From assembly GCF_009914755.1 (NCBI RefSeq), contig NC_060928.1: a stretch of 64,000 nucleotides of DNA; one strand, 5' to 3'. The position numbers and the translations under genes are program-made. The notes beneath the pieces were generated by a model that saw nothing but the letters and a program-made list of their open reading frames with translations, did not search any database and had not been told where the DNA came from. The DNA is from the human T2T-CHM13v2.0 reference genome, Homo sapiens. This document shows positions 13,386-23,812 of the stretch, one piece after another (the first letter of the stretch is position 1; every line of letters starts with the position of its first letter).

Positions 13386-13634
13386 AAAATATTCAAATTT
13401 TTCTATTCTAGCTATTTTGCAATATCCAGTAGATTATTGTAAACTATAGCCACCCTACTGATCTATCAACCCTAGGCCTTATTTCTTCTATCAAACTCTT
13501 TCTAGCATTAAGACAAGACAAATATTTAAAACGCTGGATTTCCCTATTACACTGATTTGATCATTACAAATTACATGAAAGTATTAAGTTATCACATGGA
13601 TCTTGAAAATATGTCCATCTGTTATCTATCAATT
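13386..13634 (+). mobile_element. L1MA5-like 3' end with an inverted 5' segment
   Basis: 13386-13497 is antisense L1MA 3' UTR (ttctagctattttgcaatat...caccctactgatctatcaa); 13498-13634 is the sense continuation (tctagcattaagacaagacaaatattt...ttacactgatttgatc...tatcaatta). Confidence 0.75.
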
Positions 13635-14499
13635 ACAGTTAGAAAAATACAGTTGGGTTAAATGAATTAATTTTTCATATTTAAAATATGGGAAAAATAG
13701 CTCAATGGCGATTCAAATAAAAATAATCTAGGTTTGATTTGATGGAAACTCCATATATACTCAGTATAACATGGATAAGCTAATGAGCAGTTGGACAACA
13801 TCATTTGCCTTAACACTAGTGATATAGTATAGTGATACTATATCACTTTATTTATATAATAAAATATATTAATATTTTATCATATTTTAAAATGAGACCC
13901 CCCCCCCAAGAAAGAAAACTAACTTGGTCTTAGCTATAATTCAGAAAATTAAATTTCTGTAAAAGTATATGTAAACAATATTTAAGTTCAGATGAGAGAC
14001 CCATTGCTCCATCTTAAATCATAGAGAAAAAATGTGTTTTCTAAAGCAGCAGTGATTTGGGTAGAAAAATAGAATGAGAGTGGGAAATCCGGTAATCCAA
14101 TACAAAATGGGGTCTATCAGTGACTATGAGATTCTGAGTTAAAGTAAACTGAAAGTCAAAGTAAAATCAAACTTCTGAGTCAAAGTATACTTTCCTGACT
14201 ATTTTCTTTGTGTCTAACATTTCAGCACAATAGTAATATGTCGCTAAAGGTAATCAGAAAAGAAAAACTATATAACAATGCAGATATACTAAGGTTAGAC
14301 AGGCAATAAATGCATAACCTGAAATGTAGACACACATCTAATGAAGGTGCTTTTTAAAATTATTATTATATTCTACCTGTTAACAGCAGACTCCATCCCA
14401 AAGAACGATAGGTACTTCCTTGTGAGTAGTGAGGCTTTTATGACCACATGTTTCAAAGAAATTAGAGATTTTGACTTATAGCTTGTTTGATAGACATTT

Positions 14500-14660
14500 C
14501 ATGCTATGACCCTAAGAGGTAGTCCTGTGAGATATTATTACCAATATTTTTAAAATAAGAAAGTCAAAGTTCAGAGAGCTAAGGTACTTTGCAAAAATCA
14601 TACAAAGTATTACTACAAATTTGAGGCAAAATTCTGTCTTCGGATTCCAGTTAAGAAAGT
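14500..14660 (-). mobile_element. MIR fragment
   Basis: gatattattaccaatattttt...aagaaagtcaaagttcagagagctaaggtactttgc. Confidence 0.6.
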
Positions 14661-14859
14661 GCTCTTTCAGACTTTTTAGAAGTTTTCTTCAGGGTTGACA
14701 AAACAAACAAAAATATTGTGATGGTTAATTCATGCAGGTAGTGTCATTAGTGTATTTTGGAATTTCTTACTCTGGTTCAGATAAATTAAAATGTTTCCAG
14801 ACTATTCTGCTCAGTGGTGTGTATTCTCAACATGGAACAATAGAAATAGTACAGTGTAG

Positions 14860-15030
14860 GTAAAATTAGAATATGTTAAGTTTAAGCCTAAGCTCATATT
14901 TTGCCTTGCTCACCTGTAGTCTTGAGCAAATTGCTTAATGTCTATGAACCTCAATTTTCTTATGTCTAGAATGGTGACCATAACATTAAGTTTTAAAGTA
15001 TCCAATTTCAGTGCCTAACACATAACAGTT
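14860..15030 (+). mobile_element. MIR fragment
   Basis: gtcttgagcaaattgcttaatgtctatgaacctcaattttcttatgtctagaatgg...cagtgcctaacacataa. Confidence 0.7.
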
Positions 15031-15789
15031 TCAGATTCTCCTTAACTGTACATCCTGTTTCTGGAACTAATTTAGATAAGGAATTTATACTGATATTTCT
15101 TCAAGTTGTTTCATCAGCATTGATCTAACAAAGTAGCTGTACTTTAAATAGCTCTGCTGTATCTAGAGCTCAGTTCAAATTGCTATATCTGCAATTATAG
15201 ACTTGCAACAGTTCTTTGTAGTTATACCTTCTTGAATCTATCATCAACTGCATTTATCCTATGTCTAAAGTACCTTGAAAGGAGTATCACTGGGAACTTT
15301 TGTTTACTGGATTTATGATTAGATTAAAAGATAGTAAATAAAGTGACCTGACAAGAGAATGGATGATATGAAGGGTGAGTTGAGAAAAATCAATGAAGCT
15401 ACAAAAGAAAAATATAAAGATATAAATGAAACACTATCGGGAAGAGGAAAATAAGTGTTCATTTCAACTCAAGTGACAGGACTTTGTAAATATTCATTTC
15501 TGAATATTTTAAATTTCTTATAGTTAGGTAGTTTACTAAAAAAGAAATTCATATTTTTCCAAAATAATTACCAAAATAAAACATCTGGTTTACTGAATCA
15601 ATATGCATTAAGAAAAATAATATTGCGCATTTTTTATCTGTGCCAGATATAGTGTCTACAGCTGAACATTATTAGTAATTGACACATGTAATAAAATGTG
15701 GTCTATGGCCTATGGCTTGTCAAAGAAACATACTGAAACAATTTAGTGACTTTTCTGGAGGCATTTCAGTATTCTTTCATTTTTTTACT

Positions 15790-16110
15790 CCATCTACTCT
15801 ATTTGAGGTGCTGTATGATACAGTGGGGCACAAGGTTAAACAAGGTGGTCTTGGACCCCGGTTTCCTCAAAGTTGAGGGTGGACAGAGATAGATACAGAC
15901 ATGACAGAACAGAAATGAGATAGATACTCTATGGTTGAGGGATGCCCAATGAGCTACATGGATCCATGCAGGAAAAACAATTAATTCTTCTGAGATAGGC
16001 TTTAAAGGAGGAAGAATATTTAAAATAGATATGGAAGGATAAATATGAATTAATCAAATCTGATTTGAGAGTGGAAAGACATTGTTTCAAGCAGGGAGAA
16101 ATTTACTGAA
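15790..16110 (-). mobile_element. L2 fragment
   Basis: gaggtgctgtatgatacagtgg...ggctttaaaggaggaag...ggaaggataaatatgaatt...ttcaagcagggaga. Confidence 0.5.
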
Positions 16111-16479
16111 ACATTTCAGAGAGTTTCACCATTACTAGCATTCAGGATTACAGACATTGTCGAATAAAACTGCATCGACTCTACATCATATGCTAAAATC
16201 ATTGTTTTGAAGATTAATGTCTAATATCAATTTGCCTTCTATACCTTTTTTTCTTGGAAAACTTTTATTTATCATTCAGGAAAGACCTTGCATTGCTTTG
16301 AGTTGAATAGATTCCATGATCCTGCCTACCAAACTGGATTAGGTATTCCTCCTCTGGTGTCTGATGAGCATTGTGTGCACCCTTCATCACAGGAGGAAGA
16401 GAGAACGAGAGAAAAGAAGAGGAGTGGGGAGTTCCATCACAGCACTTGTCAGGTTCAAAAGGCGTAATATTCATGTCTG

Positions 16480-16580
16480 TTGCCCCACTAGGCTGTGTGT
16501 TTCTTGAGGACAGTTCTCATCAAAGTGCCTGTCACATAGCAGGTGTTCCTTAAAGATTGAATGAGTTAAATAATGAATGA
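16480..16580 (+). mobile_element. L2 3' end
   Basis: cccactaggctgtg..ttcttgaggacag...agtgcctgtcacatagcaggtg...tgaatga. Confidence 0.65.
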
Positions 16581-17039
16581 GAAGAATATGGAGATTTTCA
16601 GTTGTTTTGATTTTGCAGTAAGAATTGAATACATATTCAAGCAATAGTTCCCTGTTGCCTAGGAAATTGAAGAGAAACCACTTAGCTCAGCATTCCATAG
16701 CTCTGCAGTCTCTTATTAGCCCATACCATCTCTGCTCCACTGATCTCACATAAGGACCTTATGTTGTCCCCAAACCAGAGTCTTCCCTTGGACTTGCCAT
16801 ACCTTCCACTTTCTTTTTATCCTTTCCTTCTATCCATTATACTATAAGTAGTGAGTGAGTACTGACTGTTTGAAAAGACACAGGTTCTAATCCTAGTTTA
16901 TTCAGTAATCTTGCAGACATTAGGCAGGCCATTTGATCACTTTGAATACCCATTTTATTACCATTAAATAGCTATTCATCACCATAAGCTCTATGGTCTC
17001 CACCTCTATGTCGGCTCCCATAATCTTAGCTAAAATAGT

Positions 17040-17320
17040 CTCTGACAATCTCTTTCTGTGCTTTAATTTTGTTTATAGCTTACATCTCTAGTTAGAAACT
17101 AGAACAGTACCTGTTCTGTTTCTCTAGAAACAGAGTATATGCTTAGAACATATTTGCTGAATAAATAAATGAACGAATAATTGATTCCATGCTTATAGCA
17201 CACTGTAACTCTGAAGTCCTTGAGGCAAATCTCTGTCTAATACACCTTTGTGTCTATCATGCTTAACTCTGAACCAAGCACTCTATGGGTCCTCCAGGAA
17301 TATCTATTGTATGGTGAATG
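17040..17320 (+). mobile_element. Two adjacent L2 3'-end fragments
   Basis: atatttgctgaataaataaatgaa; ctgaagtccttgaggcaaatctctgtc...gaatatctattg. Confidence 0.45.
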
Positions 17321-17631
17321 CATAGATAATGCTTAAATGTTTCTCATTTAACCCTACAGTAGCTATAGCACAGAGGGAAGTAAAGACTTGTTTTTATTAT
17401 TGTATTTAAATCATGAATTAAATAGAATTATAAAAACAGTATTCAGCATGTTATCAAATAATTTTATGTAATGTGTACAAATCATGTAATTAAGATAATA
17501 CTTCATGGTATTAGAAAAACACACACGGAATCATATATTATCTTTAGATTAGCATGCCCTGGACACTCATTATAATATATACATATATATGCACATTTAG
17601 TAATAGGATTGATGACTTTACTGAGTTGAAT

Positions 17632-18111
17632 TGTAGCAGGACGAGCCACAGATAAGAACCCCTCAGATGCCGAGTTGTGGAAGGAAAGGGCTTTATTCAG
17701 CTGAGAGCATCGGCGGACTCATGTCTCCAAAAGCCAAGCTCCTGGAGTGAGCAATTCCTGTCCCTTTTAAGGGCTTACAATTCTAAGGGGGTCCGCGTGA
17801 GAGGGTCATGATCGATTGAGCAAGCAGGGGGTACGTGACTGGGGGCTGCATGCACCGGTAATCAGAACGGAACAGAACAGGACAGAGATTTTCACAATGC
17901 TTTTCCATACAATGTCTGGAATCTATAGATAACATAACCAGTTAGGTCAGGGGTTGATCTTTAACTACAAGGACCAGGGCACGGCGCTGGGCTGTCTGCT
18001 GGGCTGTGGATTTCATTTCTGCCTTTTAGTTTTTACTTCTTCTTTCTTTGGAGGCAGAAATTGGGCACCCCTCAAATTGGGAGACAATATGAGAGGTGGT
18101 CTCCTCCCTTA
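17632..18111 (-). mobile_element. LTR2-family (LTR2B-like, HERV-E/Harlequin) solo LTR
   Basis: Reverse complement begins TAAGGGAGGAGACCACCTCTCATATTGTCT and ends GCTACA; perfect 4-bp TSD gaat (17628-31, 18112-15); many CpGs retained. Confidence 0.9.
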
Positions 18112-18349
18112 GAATGAGAACAAAATTGGACTCTACCTCTAGAAAGCCATTCCTGGCACTCCCTTTAGTGTGGTAAGAAAATGAAAACACAGCTCACCAC
18201 CTAGTAAAGGGTGACTTTCCAGAACTATCATACACTATTTTCCTAAATATGTTCCAAAGTTCAACCAGATGATACTATCTTTTATTCACTGAGGTCACAT
18301 TCATACCTCCATATCTTTGCTGATACAGTTACTCCACCCCTTGTCTTCA

Positions 18350-18640
18350 CCTATACTCACCTTCAAAAACACGTCCTGTAAAGCACCATTCAGATGCCTC
18401 CTTCTCTGGGGAGCTTTTCTTCACAAGATGATTGTATCCTTCCTCTTTGAATCCAGTAACACTCTGTGTACTCCAGTCTTATTTCGCACACCTGGTTCCA
18501 TTTCTTTTAGCATGGCCATTGTGCACAGGTCTCATTACCCATATTAGCTTACAGGACTCCTTTTTGCTTCCTAGTAGAGTGCCTTAAATACAAATAATAT
18601 TCATTTTGTGCCCACACACTCAGTTCTATTGTGCTGAAAT
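18350..18640 (+). mobile_element. L2 fragment
   Basis: ttcagatgcctccttctctggggagcttttct...cctagtagagtgcct. Confidence 0.45.
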
Positions 18641-18903
18641 TGAATACCATGTTTTCCTTGAGGGCTGACCTGTTTTGTTTAAGAGAAGGGTAACGGAGGC
18701 ACTGACTTTCTAAGGTTTTCCAATGTCTGTGTTCATTTTATGCAAACAATCTCTCATCCTCATGATGACTATCAGTCATTGGTGGTCAAAGCTAGGAGGA
18801 ATGGGCTTGGGGGAGCCTCAAGATCTTAACTTTGTAGTTCAGCTACTCACTCACCCTTTGCTTCTCAATGCCTGAATATGCATGACTTCCAGGTTCCAGG
18901 TGG

Positions 18904-19526
18904 TGTACAGGATGCCAATCTCATTTGGGGTGTATTTCAGAACACAACCTCAGTAACTATGGCAATAGTGATTGATAAAATAGGTGGTGGGACTATTTCT
19001 TATAAATGAGCCAATGATGGCCTCTGTGTGTTGGGCCACACACACTTCTGGAGGTAGAGACTCAGAAGCCTGCCAGAGCCAAAAATCACATTTTTACACA
19101 TCCAATTTTAAAAGAGATGGTGAAAACAAGAAGATTTTTAAACATTTAGGGGCTGCATGCTAAACATATCTTATAAAATGTCACCTCACATCTTCTGGCC
19201 ATTGATAAGATAGAGCCTTGTCGTTATAAAATCTCCAAGTTGCACGGAGCTCTCTGACACAGACTCCCCTCTGAGCTGCTGGTAACATCACCTGGATATG
19301 CAAGCATCTTTAGGATTCTCCTCTCTCTCAAGAATTCCTTGCCTTCCTCTCCTCATGGATGGTTATTCCCTAGTCATAAGCCTCTGGATGGTATCATGCT
19401 GTGAGGGACTTCCCCTCTCATTAACCCTGTGCAATCACTTCCCAATAAAGCTTGACGAGTGTAACTTCTTATTGTGGCCATATCTTTTTTCCTAAATCAG
19501 CCCCCAAATCTCTCAAACATGCAACA
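18904..19526 (+). mobile_element. Old solo LTR, probably ERVL-type (MER54/MER74/LTR53-like group)
   Basis: TG...CA termini (tgtacagg...gcaaca), tataaa at ~19226, cccaataaagctt at ~19441, ~620 bp; no TSD retained. Confidence 0.55.
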
Positions 19527-19692
19527 GACTAGCCTCAAAGCTTGTTTTTAGCAGAAAAAAAAAAAGTAAGATAAATCTATTCCTAGGGAGGAAATGGTTA
19601 TGAACATTATATTCACAGTTTAGCCTTATAAATAAATGCATTTATGTTGTTACTCTGTAAAAGAAATGAAAATTCTGTTATTTCCCTTTTGT

Positions 19693-19733
19693 TCTCTCTC
19701 TCTCTCTCTTTCTGTGTGGGTGTGTGTGGGTGT
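19693..19733 (+). repeat. (CT)n followed by GT-rich microsatellite
   Basis: tctctctctctctctctttctgtgtgggtgtgtgtgggtgt. Confidence 0.85.
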
Positions 19734-20728
19734 ATCCTTTATATATCCTTTCTTTTTAATGTTGCTTTGCTATATATCTTTTTAAATTTTAACTCACACT
19801 TTTGATCTCTTACCCGTTTCTCTTTTAAAGAGTCTCATGGGTTTTTTCCATGTGTTATCTTGAGAAATAGAAAAATCTTAAGCAGGTATGTATTTATGTG
19901 ATACATAAAGCACATAAATAAGCACAGAGAAAGTGTGTTGCAATGGTATGTGGTACACAAACACACACCTCCTAGTCCACAAGTAACTCAGCAAGACAAT
20001 CCACTGAATGAGCTTTCTGGGACCTGCACATTAGCTACAGAATCTTTAGCCTGAGAAGATTACAAGCTATGATTATTGGCCTCATTATCAGTTTTGTTTT
20101 TCTTTATTTAAACTATGTCCTTGATAAAGAAAAACAGGTTCATGTAGACTTTCTCTCAGTCATCCTTTGCAGGCTCCAGGTCTGGTCATTTCAGCACCCT
20201 TCAGACACCATTGAACCCCTCTATGGTTCTCAATCTCAGTTAGGATTAACAAGGCCTTGGCGTCCCCCTGTGCTCCATTTCTCCAGCTGTGCTTGAATGA
20301 TCTTCCCCACAGCCCCAGCCCCCCATTGCATCAGGAAGGAAGCTCTAGACTTTCATCTGGCCTGATTATGCAGGTATGTGTTTCCCAGGGCAGCTGGCTG
20401 AGATCTCTGTGGCAGCTTGTCTCCCCCTGGCATGTATGCTGTCACCAAAAGGCACTTTTAAGCCTTCCTTTGCTACATATCCTTTATTGCTCCTTGCTAG
20501 ACAAAACAAATCCTTGAGAGAAAAAGGGTCAGTGAAGGGGGGCCGGGGATGGAGGATCACAAAGGAATAGAAGAGGAGGAACAGGAAGAGAGTGAGCAAG
20601 AACTTCCCCTCTCTTCAAGGGCCCTAATTTAGCATACCAATAACAATCTATTAAAGGACACATACAAGGGTTTGTGGAAGAAGGAAACCAACATTTACCA
20701 AGACCTTGATGTAAAAAAGTAACTGTAC

Positions 20729-20912
20729 TGAATGCTTACTGTTGCCCTGGTACTGTACCAGGTATTTAAGCCACATCAACTCATTAAAGGCAAACAACAA
20801 ATCAATCTGATGATTGCTCTTATTTTCCTTATTTTGCTGTGAGGTAAATGATATAAAGTTATACCACCTGGTTAGTAATGACAGTGGTTTAGATTGTACT
20901 CTTAGCACCTGC
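20729..20912 (-). mobile_element. MIR
   Basis: tgaatgcttactgttgccctggtactgtaccaggtatttaag...aactcattaa...attttgctgtgagg. Confidence 0.6.
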
Positions 20913-21026
20913 AGCTCTCTCCTATCAATATCCACAATTTGTTCAACTTCATAGAAATCTGAAATAGGTATTGCACCCTAGTTTTTTAGATGAATGCACT
21001 TAGACTTGCTGCTTATCCATATATAT

Positions 21027-21123
21027 ATATACACCACAAGCAGTAAACATATATATATGTATACATATATAATGTGTATATATATGTATACATATATATA
21101 TGTTTACTGCTTGTGGTGTATAT
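21027..21123. repeat. Perfect inverted repeat, 45-bp arms, 7-nt spacer
   Basis: 21027-21071 is the exact reverse complement of 21079-21123. Confidence 0.95.
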
Positions 21124-22238
21124 CAAGGTTCCTTCAGAGGGCTACATTCTACATTCCGTAGGAACTGTGGGGTATACAATACAAGCAGTAAAATAAAATC
21201 ATCCAAATGTAGAAAGTTGCTTAAAGATTGCTAGTAAGATGATGAAAAAGGTTTCACATACATGTATGTCCAGCTCCAACATTCTTTCACCTTCCAATGC
21301 AAGTTGAAACTGATTCCTAAAAGTAACCTGGACAAAGAACAAGGCAATGTCTTTCAAGCAGGGTATTTCTGAGTAAAATTTTTGCCGTTATTGATTTGCA
21401 ATAATGCTAAGCCAACGTAGTCATCTTTGCTAGAATAACTCCTAAGGTTATTGTGAGCCTCTATCACAGAAATAAGTGACATATGCAATAAAAATGAATG
21501 GCAAGCCAGACTAATAATCCCATTAAGAAAATAGTAATGAAACCATTCACAATTTTACTGGTCATCAAACTACTGTATTTCGGGGAGCAGGTCAGCAAAG
21601 ATGTGTAGGGGGACTAATCCTTGAGTTTTAAATTGCTACTCGGGGTACTGGCTTTATGGTCAGCAATAGGAGGAACTTCACCAAATAAATACAGAAAAAA
21701 TAATACTGCCTGGAGTCAAGCCAGTATGAGAATGAAGGGTACAAAGGGAGTTAAGACACCTACTGAATAAGCAGGAAAATTTGCCTAAAACCAGATTATC
21801 AGGTTAGCATATGGTCGTGTTATCGGGACATCTGATATACAGTTAATGAGGCCTGTTTTGGTTTATTACGGTCTTTTTGAATTACAATATCCTGTCACAT
21901 AGTTGAATTGTATGTGACTGAAATTTGACACTGCACTTACATTTCTAGTAGGATTCCTTCTTGGTTTTATTTTTCAATGGGTAAATCCAGTTCAGAATTT
22001 TAAAGGAGTTAGTTGCAGAATTCTTTAAGAGTTGTTAACTCTGTTGTCTGTTCACCTATATTCATGTCAATATCACAGCAATGACCACTTTGCATGACAT
22101 TGAATTTTTAGCATACATACCTTTGTTTCCTACTAAGTGATAAAATGCTTAAGGGAAGAAACTGTAGCATTATAATCTATTTTTTTTAATTTTTAGCTTT
22201 GATCAAAGTAAATTGTCAATAAATAATAAATAAGTAAG

Positions 22239-23303
22239 GGCTGATTTCAGTGGCTCAGGCCTGTAATCCCAGGACTTTGGGAGTGTCATGAGGGATCCTT
22301 GCTCCCAGAGCTCCCAAGATGGTGGTGGGCTGCTTCCAAGATGGCAGCAAGCCTCGTATTCTCTGACCTGGGGTTCTTGCCCTCATGGATTCCAAGGAAT
22401 GGAACCTTGGGCCATGCGGTGAGTGTTATAGCTCTATTAGAAGTCGTGGGTCATGGAAGAGAACCGCGGAACCCAGTGACTAGTGTTCAGCTCGATTAGG
22501 ACGAACCCTGGCACTTAGCCGTGCAGGAACAATGGCAAGCCTTTAGCCCGATTGGGCGTGGCAATGGGCGCCTCGCTGGATCAGGAGCACAGCAGACACC
22601 CTGCTGGATCCAGAGGGATGGAAGTCAGCGGCAGGTCTGGGACAGCCGCAAACAGCAGTGGTGCACGGTGAGTGAAAGCTCAGCTTGAGCCGTAACAAAC
22701 ACGGACCAGAAGAGAGTGCAGTTGCAAGATTTAATAGAGTGAAAGCAGAGCTCCCATACAAAGGGAGGGGACTCAAAGAGGGTAGCCGTTGCCAGCTCGA
22801 ATGCCTAGGTTTATATCCTGATCATTATCCCTCCTGCTGTGCTCTCAGGCAATAGATGATTGGCTATTTCTTTACCTCCTGTTTTTGCCTAATTAGATTT
22901 TTAGTGAGCTCTCTTTACTATCTGACTGGTTGAGTGTGAGCTAAGTTGCAAGCCCCCGTGTTTAAAGGTGGATGTTGTCACCTTCCCAGCTAGGCTTAGG
23001 AATTGTTAGTCGGCCTAGGAAATCCAGCTATTCCTGTCTCTCAGGAGGCTGAGGCGGGTGGATCACCTGAGGTCAGGAGCCCAGCCTGACCAACATGGCG
23101 AAACCCCGTCTCTACTAAAAATAAAAAAATTAGCTGGGTGTTGTGGCGCACACTGTAATCCCAGCTACTCGGGAGGCTGAGACACGAGAATCGCTTGAAT
23201 CCAGGAGTCAGAGGTTGCAGTGAGCCGAGATAGCACCGCTGCACTGCAGTCTGGCTGACAGAGCAAGACTCCATCTCAAAAAATAATTAATAATAATAAC
23301 AAA
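22239..23303 (+). mobile_element. AluS split by an LTR17 insertion (Alu parts 22239-22283 and 23044-23303)
   Basis: gtggctcaggcctgtaatcccaggactttgggag | LTR | ggaggctgaggcgggtggatcacctgaggtcagg...ccatctcaaaaaat. Confidence 0.92.
22284..23043 (-). mobile_element. LTR17 (HERV-W) full-length solo LTR
   Basis: Reverse complement begins TGAGAGACAGGAATAGCTGGATTTCCTAGGCCGACTAA and ends CA; 760 bp; 4-bp TSD ggag (22280-83, 23044-47). Confidence 0.93.
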
Positions 23304-23374
23304 TAAGGAACACCTTATGTTGGTTTGATGGTTATATTTAAAGTTCAATAATTTACAGAAGGGAGGGAGGAGAA

Positions 23375-23812
23375 CGTGCTTGATATATTCGGCTTGCCAG
23401 CCGAATCCACTCTATACTCCGGGGGACCATTCCTTATGGACTGCATCAGTATGTTCCCTTCCTGCTATCTGACATTCATGTGGGTGTCATCAATCTGAAG
23501 TATGAGAAGGAAAAGGGGTAATGAAATCCTGGAAGGTATTACCTTGGTTTCCTTCCTGCTGGGTAACCACAGTTGGATGTGTCCCCATATCAGAATTCAC
23601 AGGTGCTGTCCACTGACCCTCTCTATATCATTCTCTTGGTGGATCCTACAACCATCTCCTCCATGTGTTACTTCCAACTCAAAGGTGGGAAAACACTTCT
23701 GTCACCATCAGCCCCAGGGTACTGCATCAACCCAAGTTCTAGTCCCTAAACCTATCCACCCCCTTGAATATAATCCCTTTATTAAACCATCCTCTAGTTT
23801 AATAGCTATAAT
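23375..23812 (+). mobile_element. LTR33-like ERVL LTR
   Basis: tatggactgcatca...ccttcctgctgggtaaccacagttgg...ccccagggtactgcatc...aatccctttattaaac. Confidence 0.65.

Noticed and set aside
14132-14187. 15-bp direct repeat ttctgagt(t/c)aaagta with internal aaagt repeats
   Set aside because: Short degenerate local duplication with no evidence of function.
23041-23274. ORFs over Alus (also 46175-46566, 47300-47573, 48210-48478, 54339-54601, 59969-60178, 63656-63901)
   Set aside because: Standard Alu read-through peptides.
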